Virus genome (UHGV): UHGV-0038498
Length of the DNA stretch: 64,000 nucleotides
Strand: one strand, 5' to 3'
Origin: a virus
Shown: positions 1-10,172 of the stretch, piece by piece
Layout: every line of letters begins with the position of its first letter
Position numbering within the stretch: position 1 is the first letter of the stretch
Translations under genes and position numbers: made by a program
Notes under the pieces: model-generated
What the model was told of the DNA's origin: nothing
Databases searched by the model: none
The model's input: the letters and a program-made list of their open reading frames with translations, nothing else

Positions 1-1
1 C

Positions 2-1030
2 ATCAGTAAGAATATCAAATTTCCAGCTTTTGCACAGTTAAAAGCAGATGGAGCTCGGTGTTTTGCTGAAGTCCGAGGTGATGAATTAGATGATGTTCGT
101 CTTTTATCACGAGCTGGTAATGAATATCTAGGATTAGATCTTCTTAAGGAAGAGTTAATCAAAATGACTGCTGAAGCCCGCCAGATTCATCCAGAAGGTG
201 TGTTAATTGATGGCGAATTGGTATACCACGAGCAAGTTAAAAAGGAACCAGAAGGCCTAGATTTTCTTTTTGATGCTTATCCTGAAATTAGTAAAGCTAA
301 AGAATTCGCCGAAGTAGCGGAATCTCGTACTGCTTCTAATGGAATCGCCAATAAATCCTTAAAAGGAACCATTTCCGAAAAAGAAGCTCAATGCATGAAG
401 TTTCAGGTCTGGGATTATGTCCCGTTGGTAGAAATATACGGTCTTCCGGCGTTTCGTTTAAAATATGATGTACGTTTTTCTAAACTAGAACAAATGACAT
501 CAGGATATGATAAAGTAATTTTAATTGAAAACCAGGTAGTAAATAACCTAGATGAAGCTAAGGTAATTTATAAAAAGTATATTGACCAAGGTCTTGAAGG
601 TATTATTCTCAAAAATATCGATGGATTATGGGAAAATGCTCGTTCAAAAAATCTCTATAAATTTAAAGAAGTAATTGATGTTGATTTAAAAATTGTAGGA
701 ATTTATCCTCACCGTAAAGACCCTACTAAAGCAGGTGGATTTATTCTTGAATCAGAGTGTGGAAAAATTAAAGTAAATGCTGGTTCAGGCTTAAAAGATA
801 AAGCCGGTGTAAAATCACATGAACTTGACCGTACTCGCATTATGGAAAACCAAAATTATTATATTGGAAAAATTCTAGAGTGCGAATGCAACGGTTGGCT
901 AAAATCTGATGGCCGCACTGATTACGTTAAATTATTTCTTCCGATTGCGATTCGTTTACGTGAAGATAAAACTAAAGCTAATACATTCGAGGATGTATTT
1001 GGTGATTTTCATGAGGTAACTGGTCTATGA
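2..1030 (+). CDS. 30: ATP-dependent DNA ligase (T4 gp30-like), 5'-truncated at window edge
   Basis: Frame-2 translation from nt 2 reads ISKNIKFPAFAQLKADGARCFAEV (KxDG adenylation motif) and runs into the 288-aa ORF ending at 1030; matches T4 ligase C-terminal half as I recall it. Confidence 0.9.
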   Translation: MSKNIKFPAFAQLKADGARCFAEVRGDELDDVRLLSRAGNEYLGLDLLKEELIKMTAEARQIHPEGVLIDGELVYHEQVKKEPEGLDFLFDAYPEISKAKEFAEVAESRTASNGIANKSLKGTISEKEAQCMKFQVWDYVPLVEIYGLPAFRLKYDVRFSKLEQMTSGYDKVILIENQVVNNLDEAKVIYKKYIDQGLEGIILKNIDGLWENARSKNLYKFKEVIDVDLKIVGIYPHRKDPTKAGGFILESECGKIKVNAGSGLKDKAGVKSHELDRTRIMENQNYYIGKILECECNGWLKSDGRTDYVKLFLPIAIRLREDKTKANTFEDVFGDFHEVTGL

Positions 1031-1215
1031 AAGCTTACTTAGAAACAATTGTCGTTGCTCAAAAAGAAGGTGAAGATGTTTCTACTTCTGTATCACAAAT
1101 TATGATTGAATTTATAGATGCATATGCTTATAATAAATTCACAGAAACATTTGATGCCTATGAAAAAGGTCCAAAGTTTGAAATATATCGTACTCTCTTA
1201 CCAATAGATTATTAA
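1027..1215 (+). CDS. hypothetical small protein (62 aa)
   Basis: ORF overlapping ligase stop by 4 nt (coupled); followed by GC hairpin terminator. Confidence 0.45.
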   Translation: MKAYLETIVVAQKEGEDVSTSVSQIMIEFIDAYAYNKFTETFDAYEKGPKFEIYRTLLPIDY

Positions 1216-1238
1216 AGGCCTTCGGGCCTTTAATTTTA
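1214..1238 (+). terminator. intrinsic terminator hairpin
   Basis: AAAGGCC-TTCG-GGCCTTT followed by T-rich run. Confidence 0.55.
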
Positions 1239-1244
1239 TAAATA
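1237..1244 (+). promoter_or_regulatory. T4-type late promoter TATAAATA upstream of alt
   Basis: Exact TATAAATA 21 nt upstream of alt ATG. Confidence 0.6.
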
Positions 1245-1264
1245 GAATAAACACTAGAGAGGAT

Positions 1265-3361
1265 ATGATGGAACTCATTACAGAATTATTTGACGAAGAT
1301 ACTACTCTTCCGATTACAAACTTAAATCCAAAGAAGAAAATACCGCAAATTTTTTCAGTTCATGTTGATGACGCAATTGAACAACCAGGATTTCGTTTAT
1401 GTACCTATACATCTGGAGGTGATACTAATCGCGATTTAAAGATGGGCGATAAAATGATGCATATTGTTCCTTTTACATTAACTGCTAAAGGTTCAATTGC
1501 TAAATTAAAAGGTCTCGGTCCAAGCCCAATTAATTATATCAATTCAGTTTTTACTGTTGCGATGCAGACGATGCGTCAGTATAAAATTGATGCATGTATG
1601 CTCCGTATTCTTAAGTCTAAAACTGCTGGTCAAGCTCGTCAAATTCAACTTATTGCTGATAGACTTATCCGTAGTCGCTCAGGTGGCAGATACGTCCTTC
1701 TTAAGGAACTCTGGGATTACGATAAAAAGTATGCATATATTCTTATACATCGCAAAAATGTATCATTAGAAGACATTCCAGGAGTTCCTGAAATTAGTAC
1801 CGAGCTCTTTACTAAAGTTGAATCGAAGGTCGGTGATGTTTATATCAATAAAGATACTGGAGCTCAAGTAACTAAAAATGAGGCAATTGCAGCATCTATT
1901 GCGCAAGAAAACGATAAACGTTCTGACCAAGCTGTAATCGTTAAAGTTAAAATTTCCCGTAGAGCAATTGCACAAAGTCAGTCATTGGAATCTTCTAGAT
2001 TTGAAAGTGAATTATTCCAGAAGTATGAATCTACTGCAGCTAATTTCAATAAACCTGCTACCGCTCCTTTAATTCCCGAAGCGGAAGAAATGAAACTTGG
2101 AATTAATTCACTAGCTTCTAAAACTAAGGCAGCAAAAATCATTGCCGAAGGAACTGCAGATGAACTTCACTATGATTATAAATTCTTTTCAAAAAGTGAG
2201 GTTAATGAAGTTTCTGAAAAAATTAAAGATGTAATTCTTAATGCGATTAAAAATGAACCAACTACTTCAATAAAATGTTTAGAGAAATACGCAGCAGCTA
2301 TTAATAAATTCTTTGAAGAATACAAAGATACTTGGCTTGATAAACATAATAAAACCCGTAAAGGACAGCCAGATGAAGTTTGGGAAGAAATAACTAAAAA
2401 TTCCTGGAACGCAGCAAAAACTAAATTCCTCAAACGAATGATTTATAGCTTTTCTGGAATTGGTGCAGGTCCAATGATTGATATTACTATTGCCCGTGAT
2501 GGTTCGAAATATACTCCATCACAAAAGCGCGGCATTAGAGAGTATTGTGGTTCAGGATATACTGACATCAATAATCTTCTTTTAGGACGCTACAATCCAG
2601 AACGATATGATGTAATGAGTGAAAAAGAAATTGAATCTGCTATAAATAACTTAGATTCAGCTTTTGAAAATGGTGACCGTATACCGGAAGGCATTACAGT
2701 TTATCGTGCTCAAAGTATGACTGCTCCTATATACGAAGCATTAGTTAAAAATAAAGTGTTCTATTTCAGAAATTTTGTATCTACTTCTTTAACTCCTATC
2801 ATTTTTGGACGTTTTGGAATTACACATGCTGGTATTGGTCTTTTAGAACCAGAAGCTCGTAATGAATTAACAGTTGATAAAAATGAAGAAGGAATAACTA
2901 TTAATCCAAACGAAATAAGAGCGTATAAAGAAAATCCTGAATACGTTAAAGTTCAAATAGGATGGGCAATTGATGGAGCTCATAAAGTTAATGTTGTATA
3001 TCCAGGAAGTCTCGGAATAGCAACCGAAGCTGAAGTTATTCTACCACGCGGATTGATGGTCAAAGTTAATAAAATAACTGATGCTTCTAATAATGACGGA
3101 ACAACATCTAATAATACAAAACTCATTCAAGCTGAAGTTATGACTACGGAAGAACTCACCGAATCAGTAATTTATGACGGTGACCGTCTAATGGAAACCG
3201 GCGAAGTAGTTGCAATGACAGGTGATATTGAAATAGAAGACAGAGTTGACTTTGCATCATTTGTTTCATCAAATGTTAAACAAAAAGTAGAATCATCTCT
3301 TGGAATTATTGCGTCTTGCATAGATATTACAAACATGCCTTACAAGTTCGTTCAAGGATAA
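1265..3361 (+). CDS. alt: Alt ADP-ribosyltransferase, packaged head protein (698 aa)
   Basis: N-terminus MELITELFDE (capsid-targeting/prohead-protease type leader); C-terminal ART signatures FYFRNFVSTS (STS motif) and EAEVILPRG (catalytic Glu region); late promoter TATAAATA at 1237-1244. Confidence 0.9.
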   Translation: MMELITELFDEDTTLPITNLNPKKKIPQIFSVHVDDAIEQPGFRLCTYTSGGDTNRDLKMGDKMMHIVPFTLTAKGSIAKLKGLGPSPINYINSVFTVAMQTMRQYKIDACMLRILKSKTAGQARQIQLIADRLIRSRSGGRYVLLKELWDYDKKYAYILIHRKNVSLEDIPGVPEISTELFTKVESKVGDVYINKDTGAQVTKNEAIAASIAQENDKRSDQAVIVKVKISRRAIAQSQSLESSRFESELFQKYESTAANFNKPATAPLIPEAEEMKLGINSLASKTKAAKIIAEGTADELHYDYKFFSKSEVNEVSEKIKDVILNAIKNEPTTSIKCLEKYAAAINKFFEEYKDTWLDKHNKTRKGQPDEVWEEITKNSWNAAKTKFLKRMIYSFSGIGAGPMIDITIARDGSKYTPSQKRGIREYCGSGYTDINNLLLGRYNPERYDVMSEKEIESAINNLDSAFENGDRIPEGITVYRAQSMTAPIYEALVKNKVFYFRNFVSTSLTPIIFGRFGITHAGIGLLEPEARNELTVDKNEEGITINPNEIRAYKENPEYVKVQIGWAIDGAHKVNVVYPGSLGIATEAEVILPRGLMVKVNKITDASNNDGTTSNNTKLIQAEVMTTEELTESVIYDGDRLMETGEVVAMTGDIEIEDRVDFASFVSSNVKQKVESSLGIIASCIDITNMPYKFVQG

Positions 3362-3364
3362 ATC

Positions 3365-5422
3365 ATGGAACTTATTACAGAATTATTTGACGGCGCTTCG
3401 GCGCCGGTTGTTAACTTAAATCCTAAGCATAAAATACCTCAAATTTTTGCTATTCAAGCCGGCGAAGAAAGTGTGCTTCCTGGATTTAGATTTTGTACAT
3501 ACACCTCTGGCGGTGATACAAATAAAAACGTTAAGCCAGGCGATAAAATGATGCATATCGTAATGATAGGTGTTAATGAGAAACTATCATTAGTTAAACT
3601 TAAAAACTTGGGTGGAAATCCAATTGGTGTCATTAATGCCGTTTTTGATACTGCTCTTCAAACAATGAAACAGTATAAAATTGACGCATGCTTATTCCGC
3701 GTACTAAAAAGTAAAACAAATGGCGCAGCTCGTCAAATGCAAGTTATTGCTGACCGTTTAGTACGTACTAAAGGAGCAGGTCGATATGTTCTTTTAAAGG
3801 AAATCTGGGATTATGATAAAAAGTATGCATATATTATGGTTTACCGTAAAAATGCCAATTTAGAAGACATTCCAGGTGTACCTCCTATTTCAACTGAGTT
3901 ATTCACAAAAGTTGAATCAAAGGTTGGTGATGTGTATGTAGATGTTAAAACAGGTAATGCTGTTCCTAAAGCTGTTGCTGTTGCTGCTTCTATTGCCTTA
4001 GAAAATGATAAGCGCACGGATCAAGCTGTTATTCAGAAAACTAAAATTAGTCGTCGATTAGCAGCGCAAGCTCAATATTCTACTGTCGATGCTTCACTAC
4101 AGAGTGATAGCTTCGCTGCCAAGAAATATCAAGAGTTTGAATCTAAAGTTCCGGTACATAAAGCAGAAGGACCAATGAACTCTGGCGTTATTCAGATTGG
4201 TTCAAACTTCGGCAAAGGAGCTATCGGTGGTATGAGAAGTGCTTCTCGTTTTAAATCTAACGATTATGAACTAGAAAGCTTCCGAAATCATATTGCATTG
4301 GCCCATGCACGTTTACGTGATCCATCTATCAAGCTGCAGAGCGATATAACATATCAAGGTTCTCAAGAATATTTAAAGAATAAAGAATTTTTTGATTATA
4401 AAACCGATAAAATTTTGAGCGATCTCGCTGACATTAATATTTCTAATAGCTTTGATGTTATTAAGAAAATTATCAATGATTTAGTTAAAGGTTCTAAAGC
4501 TACGCCAGACGAAAAGGTAGCTATTATTCAATTTGTCATGAATGGCATTTATAAATTGATTAATGAATCTGCTGCCCAGGCGTATGAATACGCAAGCACC
4601 GAAGTAACTCCAAAAGGACTGACTCAGGCTGAGTCTGATGTAATTGAAGATTATTGTGCAGATTCATATGTTGAAATGAACTCGTTCCTCTTGGGTAAAC
4701 CAGATTCTACCCGTGAAGAATACATGGAACGAGCTATTAAACACATCGAGACAATGGATTCTGCCTTTGCCAAAGGTTCAGTTCTTCCTCCAGGAACTAC
4801 GCTTTATCGTGGACAAGAAGTTACTTTTAAAACTTTACGCCATAATATTGAAAATAAAATGTTCTATTTCAAGAACTTCGTATCAACATCGCTTAAACCA
4901 AATATCTTCGGTGAGCATGGTAAAAACTATATGGCTCTAGATGATTCCGGCGCAGTATTTTCTGGTGAAGGAGAAGGTTCTGTTGATGCTGAAGATTTAA
5001 TGCATATGGGTAGTCATTCTGCTTATGCGAATGAAGATGCTGAAACTAGCGTAGGTATGGTAATTAAAGGGGCTGAGCGAATCAAAGTTATCGTTCCAGG
5101 TCATTTATCAGGATTTCCATCAGAAGCTGAAGTTATTCTACCGCGTGGAATTTTGTTGAAGATTAATAAAGTAAGCACGTACATGATGAAAGAAACTGCT
5201 TATAACAAGTATCTAATCGAAGGCACAATCGTTCCTCCTTCTGAACAATTAGAAGAATCGGTATATGATGGCGATCATCTAATGGAAACTGGTGAAGTTC
5301 GTCCAATGGCTGGGTTTAATCAATTCCTTGTAGAAGAATCAAAAGAAGAGGAAAACGAAGTTTCTCAAATCTTGGCTTCTTTGGTTAACATCAACGGAAT
5401 GTCTAAAAAGTTCAAGATGTAG
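3365..5422 (+). CDS. second Alt-family ADP-ribosyltransferase paralogue (685 aa)
   Basis: Same N-terminal leader MELITELFDG and conserved first ~230 aa; divergent middle; intact C-terminal FYFKNFVSTS and SEAEVILPRG motifs; start 4 nt after alt stop. Confidence 0.8.
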   Translation: MELITELFDGASAPVVNLNPKHKIPQIFAIQAGEESVLPGFRFCTYTSGGDTNKNVKPGDKMMHIVMIGVNEKLSLVKLKNLGGNPIGVINAVFDTALQTMKQYKIDACLFRVLKSKTNGAARQMQVIADRLVRTKGAGRYVLLKEIWDYDKKYAYIMVYRKNANLEDIPGVPPISTELFTKVESKVGDVYVDVKTGNAVPKAVAVAASIALENDKRTDQAVIQKTKISRRLAAQAQYSTVDASLQSDSFAAKKYQEFESKVPVHKAEGPMNSGVIQIGSNFGKGAIGGMRSASRFKSNDYELESFRNHIALAHARLRDPSIKLQSDITYQGSQEYLKNKEFFDYKTDKILSDLADINISNSFDVIKKIINDLVKGSKATPDEKVAIIQFVMNGIYKLINESAAQAYEYASTEVTPKGLTQAESDVIEDYCADSYVEMNSFLLGKPDSTREEYMERAIKHIETMDSAFAKGSVLPPGTTLYRGQEVTFKTLRHNIENKMFYFKNFVSTSLKPNIFGEHGKNYMALDDSGAVFSGEGEGSVDAEDLMHMGSHSAYANEDAETSVGMVIKGAERIKVIVPGHLSGFPSEAEVILPRGILLKINKVSTYMMKETAYNKYLIEGTIVPPSEQLEESVYDGDHLMETGEVRPMAGFNQFLVEESKEEENEVSQILASLVNINGMSKKFKM

Positions 5423-5482
5423 TTTACAAGTCCCTCGTGTTGTGTTATAGTAGTTTTACTGACATAACATGAGGAACACAAA

Positions 5483-5773
5483 ATGAAATCTTCTTTACGC
5501 TTTTTAGGTCAAGAACTTGTAGTTGAAGGCGTTATTCCTGCTGATAACGCTTTTAATGAAGCAGTTTATGATGAATTTATCAAAATTTTTGGAACAGATA
5601 AAAAGTTCGGAATTTTTCCTTCTGAAAATTTTTCAAAGCCAGAGCAGACTGAAAGCATTTTCCAAGGTGTAGTAACAGGTAAATTTGAGTCAGAAGCTCC
5701 GGTAAAAATTGAAGTTTACATTGAAGACAGTTTAGTTGCTTCAGTTGCTGCTTTTATTTCATTCCGTAAATAA
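5483..5773 (+). CDS. hypothetical protein (96 aa)
   Basis: ORF with AGGA-type RBS, followed by bidirectional hairpin terminator at 5780-5797. Confidence 0.5.
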   Translation: MKSSLRFLGQELVVEGVIPADNAFNEAVYDEFIKIFGTDKKFGIFPSENFSKPEQTESIFQGVVTGKFESEAPVKIEVYIEDSLVASVAAFISFRK

Positions 5774-5779
5774 AAATAT

Positions 5780-5797
5780 GGGGACCTTTCGGTCCCC
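5780..5797. terminator. bidirectional terminator between convergent ORF (96 aa) and gene 54
   Basis: GGGGACC-TTTC-GGTCCCC flanked by A-run upstream and T-run downstream. Confidence 0.6.
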
Positions 5798-5801
5798 ATT
5801 G

Positions 5802-6767
5802 TTATATTGCTCCTAATATCTTACTTTGCGAGTTGACAATTCCCGTCATAGTATTAATGTTGGAAATGCTTCCAGCAGTTCCCCCTAATCTACTAAGTCG
5901 TGAAAGCGAATTAGATAATCCAGTAACACCTCCACTATTTCCGAGAACGCTTTGAATGCCATTTATAGCAGCAGATTCAAGCCACTCAAGCGCAGCTTGT
6001 CTATCAACCGACCCAGCCTGCATGACTCTATACGCAAAAGTAACATCAAATGTAGTTATTTGGTTATCTCCATCATATGATAACTCAGGAGCGCTCACTG
6101 ACACTGGAATGCATCCGGTGAACATCACCGCAGTATGAGGTAATCCATTACGAGCATGAAGATTAACCTGAATATCTGCCTCGACATCTTGTGGCAAAGC
6201 ACGCAGTCCAGTTACTGGGTCTTGAACAGCGTTAACCCAGTCTTGCATCGCACGATAGTTACAAGCTTCTGAATCCATTCTAAATGAAATAACCAAAGGG
6301 TCTAATTCTCTCCCAGTTATACGAATATTAGGAGAATTATAGTTCCAGTCAGTTTCATAGGATAATCTATTCTCTGGCATTTTTACAGAATATATCATCA
6401 ATCCAGATGAGTTATATGCCATGTTAAAGAAGTCAATTAAATATGTACCAACTGTAAATGAGCCCAATAAACTTTGAACTGTACGTTGACTCATGGCACC
6501 AATAAGATATTTACTAACCCCTGATTTTCTTATCAGTTTTTGTGTGCCAGCGGTAATTAGCGTGGTAATTCCCTGATTAATATCGCCTTGAGTCAATCCT
6601 AACCAATCTGAATTTAGACCCAAGTTATTATAAGAAAAGTTGCTAATTGAACTTATCAACGAAGAGCTTTTAGTTGATGGAGTTGTCGCAAAAACGCAGC
6701 TAAACATATTATTACGTTGGAAATCTGCGTTTATTGCTTGATTATTAAATTCCTCTAAAGAATACAT
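5802..6767 (-). CDS. 54: baseplate tail-tube initiator gp54
   Basis: 321-aa ORF, position and length match T4 gp54; start MYSLEEFNNQ. Confidence 0.85.
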   Translation of the reverse strand: MYSLEEFNNQAINADFQRNNMFSCVFATTPSTKSSSLISSISNFSYNNLGLNSDWLGLTQGDINQGITTLITAGTQKLIRKSGVSKYLIGAMSQRTVQSLLGSFTVGTYLIDFFNMAYNSSGLMIYSVKMPENRLSYETDWNYNSPNIRITGRELDPLVISFRMDSEACNYRAMQDWVNAVQDPVTGLRALPQDVEADIQVNLHARNGLPHTAVMFTGCIPVSVSAPELSYDGDNQITTFDVTFAYRVMQAGSVDRQAALEWLESAAINGIQSVLGNSGGVTGLSNSLSRLSRLGGTAGSISNINTMTGIVNSQSKILGAI

Positions 6768-7861
6768 TAAAAAGTCCCCGCATATAAAGAAGCACGGTTT
6801 AACGTGATAATTTCTCTCATAGTAATCTCAAGAGTAAATGTACTAGGGAGGTTTGGAGCAATAGCTAATCCATTAAAGTTACCATTAGGTGTTTTATCAA
6901 ATCTGATGCTCTGTATTTGGCATGGACCAAATATTTCCGTTTTTCCATCAAACTTAGACGTTGCACCAAAGTTTTTCACCATCCAAATTGTCGGGTTTGA
7001 AACTACTAGAACGTTAGTTAAACTCGATGTCATTTTCTCAAATAGTGTTTTATTTTTAGCTGCATCTTCCGGAGATAAAGGTTCAATTAACGTAGAACGA
7101 TACCAATCATCTAAATACCCCTTTATTTCAGCAGCATATTGAGATTTACCCGTTTCACCATAAGAAAAATAGTTAAAATATTGATAGATATTAATAATAG
7201 CCATTAAATCTTCTGTGGAACGTGGAGTCAAATCCCATGTAAACACTTTAGTTCTATTCTCAGCACCGCCATACATACTTCTGGCTGTCGTATAAATCTG
7301 TTCATTATTATCAGCCATTATACCCTGTGTTATACTTTCCAGTGCCCCAAATACTGCAGTTGAAGCAATATTACTTAACACACCAGTAGCAGTACCTCCG
7401 CCTCTGCTGATAAGACTTTCTTGAACATCATTAAATCTGTGTGATGATGTATCAACATCAGATTTAGATCTCGGTAAAAGAATGTTTGCGACAGGAGCTT
7501 TACTTATTGTTCCTGAATTGTTATTTGATATTAATCCATTTGATAGTTTTGATACTGTACTACTAATAGTGTTTCTAGCTGTACTTAAAATACTCGAAGA
7601 TGAAGAAGAGTAGTTAGATCTCATCGATCTAAGACTTCCAGAATCCCTAGATGACATATTGTATGCAGTAAATAATAATCCATTCTTATATAGATCTGTT
7701 ACCTGGAAGTCCCCTGTAGTGTCATTACCACTAGCACGCCCAGTTGGAAACTGGGCAGTGTATGTTTTAGTTGCTACTTCTGATTTAGTACTCTGTCCGG
7801 CTGAAATTTTCTCACCGGACTTTTTAATTAAATCAGCAGTTATTTCTTTAACAATTGCCAT
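6767..7861 (-). CDS. 48: baseplate tail-tube cap gp48
   Basis: 364-aa ORF, same length and position as T4 gp48. Confidence 0.85.
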   Translation of the reverse strand: MAIVKEITADLIKKSGEKISAGQSTKSEVATKTYTAQFPTGRASGNDTTGDFQVTDLYKNGLLFTAYNMSSRDSGSLRSMRSNYSSSSSSILSTARNTISSTVSKLSNGLISNNNSGTISKAPVANILLPRSKSDVDTSSHRFNDVQESLISRGGGTATGVLSNIASTAVFGALESITQGIMADNNEQIYTTARSMYGGAENRTKVFTWDLTPRSTEDLMAIINIYQYFNYFSYGETGKSQYAAEIKGYLDDWYRSTLIEPLSPEDAAKNKTLFEKMTSSLTNVLVVSNPTIWMVKNFGATSKFDGKTEIFGPCQIQSIRFDKTPNGNFNGLAIAPNLPSTFTLEITMREIITLNRASLYAGTF

Positions 7862-7869
7862 ATTATTCC

Positions 7870-9642
7870 TTAATTAACTCCAGTCGCATCAAATACACCA
7901 GGAGCAGTCGTGCTCGTTACGGGTGTCATATTATGAACGACAGTATTTTTCTTAATAACATTATTAGTATTATTGATCGAAGGAGATGCTTGTTGAACAG
8001 GAGCTTGCTGTGCTTTGTTCTTTTCTATTACCTGGACTTGTTTTGCTTCTGGCGATTTAGCAGAAGTTTCAGGTTTGGCATTAGGCTGATTTTTCTTGAG
8101 CTCTTGATAAGTAGCATCAATTTTAGAAAATCTAGCAGCAAGTTCTTTTTTAACTGCCGGTGAATTATTTAAATCCGGGTCATCCATTCGTTTTTTAAGG
8201 TCTTCATAGGCAGCTTCAACTGATTTAACCGTTGAGTCTTTACTCATATCAGCTGAATCAGCATATTTTTCAAAACGAATCATCGCGGCACGTGCTTCAT
8301 TAGCCTTCATTAAAGCATTTTTTCTTTCTTCAGGTGAAAGTTGCTTTAATTTTTCTTCTTCTGCTGCGCGTTCTTCATCGGTTGTCAATGCTTCTTTATT
8401 ATCAACACCACGAATCCAATTAGATGCACGGGTTTTCCAATTAGCAATTTTATCTAATCCTTTTGCTATCGGACCAAGGTCTCCGTTCATTCGTTTATCT
8501 TGATAATTTGCAACTTTTTCTTGATCTTCTTTATTGAGAGATGCTCCAGTAGAATTTTGGAAATTTTCTAGTGCTCTTCCTTCTACTTCATCAGCAGTAT
8601 CCTTCATGCCAGGAATGACTCGAAGAATTGCGGCAGATAATTTAGCCATTCCAAGCTGAATAAGTTCTCCTAAATTATAAAGAACCTTTCCAAGCCCTTC
8701 TACAATAGCTACCGTCAAACCGCCCCAATCTCCCGCTTCCCAGAATTTTTTAATTTCATCAATAGAACTAAAGATGCTCTGTAATAAAGGACCCCATGTT
8801 CCGGTTTCGCTAGAGAATTTAGTAAAGTCTGTACTAAACAAATCCCAAGCCTGCGAAAATTTATCTGACCAATATTTGAAATGAACCATCAGCAGATCTA
8901 TTCCAACAACAACAGCCAATATCATTGCAGTCATTTTAGCAGCTTCAATAGCAGCACTGACGGTATACTTAAATAGCATGCTTGATATTTTATCAGTAAT
9001 TGAAATAGATTTCTTAAATCCGAAATCAACAGTCTTTGTTAATTTATCTAAAGCTTGAGATAATTTTAAGTTAAATGCGTCTTTTTTCTGTTTTTCTTCT
9101 GGCGATTCTTGTTTAGGTTCAACTGGCTGAGGGGTAGGGAAAAAATCAGCATCAGGATCATTATTAACTGCTTCAGGAGCTGGTAATAAAGGACCCACGG
9201 ATTCAGCTGTATCGTCCTCAACAACTTTAACAGGAATAGCGCTTTCAACCGTAGCTAAACTAGTTCCTGTTTGTTGAATTCCGGCTGTCTGGATTTTTTG
9301 CTCGAGTAAACTCGTTAATTTATCTAATTTACTTCCGAGCGATTCACCGATTTCTTTATTAATATTATTGCCAATTTCGACAGTTTCAGCAATTAACTCA
9401 GAACCAGCAGTAGTATCACTCACTGCGCTTTCTACATTGTCAATTGCTCCAATTATTTCATTCGATTTTTCTTCGACAGTTTGAGCAATTAATTCAGAAG
9501 CAGCTTGAGCATCATCCAATTTCGTAGATATATCGTTAAGTCCAGATAAAGTGTTGGAAGCGGATTTAGCCGCTTCCTGTGTTGGTTTATTATCTGAAAT
9601 AACTTTTCTACGCATCGTTTGCATTTCTTGTGGCTTTTTCAT
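7870..9642 (-). CDS. 29: baseplate hub / tail length determinator gp29
   Basis: 590-aa ORF, same length and position as T4 gp29; extended low-complexity/coiled-coil composition. Confidence 0.85.
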   Translation of the reverse strand: MKKPQEMQTMRRKVISDNKPTQEAAKSASNTLSGLNDISTKLDDAQAASELIAQTVEEKSNEIIGAIDNVESAVSDTTAGSELIAETVEIGNNINKEIGESLGSKLDKLTSLLEQKIQTAGIQQTGTSLATVESAIPVKVVEDDTAESVGPLLPAPEAVNNDPDADFFPTPQPVEPKQESPEEKQKKDAFNLKLSQALDKLTKTVDFGFKKSISITDKISSMLFKYTVSAAIEAAKMTAMILAVVVGIDLLMVHFKYWSDKFSQAWDLFSTDFTKFSSETGTWGPLLQSIFSSIDEIKKFWEAGDWGGLTVAIVEGLGKVLYNLGELIQLGMAKLSAAILRVIPGMKDTADEVEGRALENFQNSTGASLNKEDQEKVANYQDKRMNGDLGPIAKGLDKIANWKTRASNWIRGVDNKEALTTDEERAAEEEKLKQLSPEERKNALMKANEARAAMIRFEKYADSADMSKDSTVKSVEAAYEDLKKRMDDPDLNNSPAVKKELAARFSKIDATYQELKKNQPNAKPETSAKSPEAKQVQVIEKNKAQQAPVQQASPSINNTNNVIKKNTVVHNMTPVTSTTAPGVFDATGVN

Positions 9643-10172
9643 TCAAATAATCCAATAATATTGCCAATTCCGGTTATTGGACCATTAGGGCCAGGAATTG
9701 CTAAAGTTGTAAAAATATCATTTGCCCATTTTAAAACGAATGCTGGCATCTCAAGAAAATTAATTTCTTTAACTTCATCATTGACCTTAAGCAAGCATTT
9801 GGATAACATATCGCTCACCGTTAAAAATTGTTCAAATTTTCCAGGAGGTCTAAAATAAAATGTATTTCCTTGGTATTGAAATTCTAATCTTTGGCATACA
9901 TAAACATCATTAATGTCATAAGTATAACCATCTATTTCTTTACGAGATTTAATCTTTCCATTAAATTCCAATAAATGAATGGAAACGAAATCAACTTCTG
10001 CTGGTGATAAATTCGGGCAAATAGAATCAATAAGAAGTTTTAAATTTTCATCAGGACCTTTAACATCTTTTAAAATGTTATAATGTTTAAGACCCATTTT
10101 AGGAATAGAAACTTCTTTATTGCTTATTGGAAGAACTACTTTCTTCAGTGGTAGTATCAGATTTAAATTCAT
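9639..10172 (-). CDS. 28: baseplate hub distal subunit gp28
   Basis: 177-aa ORF matching T4 gp28 length; 5' end overlaps gp27 3' end by 56 nt. Confidence 0.75.
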   Translation of the reverse strand: MNLNLILPLKKVVLPISNKEVSIPKMGLKHYNILKDVKGPDENLKLLIDSICPNLSPAEVDFVSIHLLEFNGKIKSRKEIDGYTYDINDVYVCQRLEFQYQGNTFYFRPPGKFEQFLTVSDMLSKCLLKVNDEVKEINFLEMPAFVLKWANDIFTTLAIPGPNGPITGIGNIIGLFE

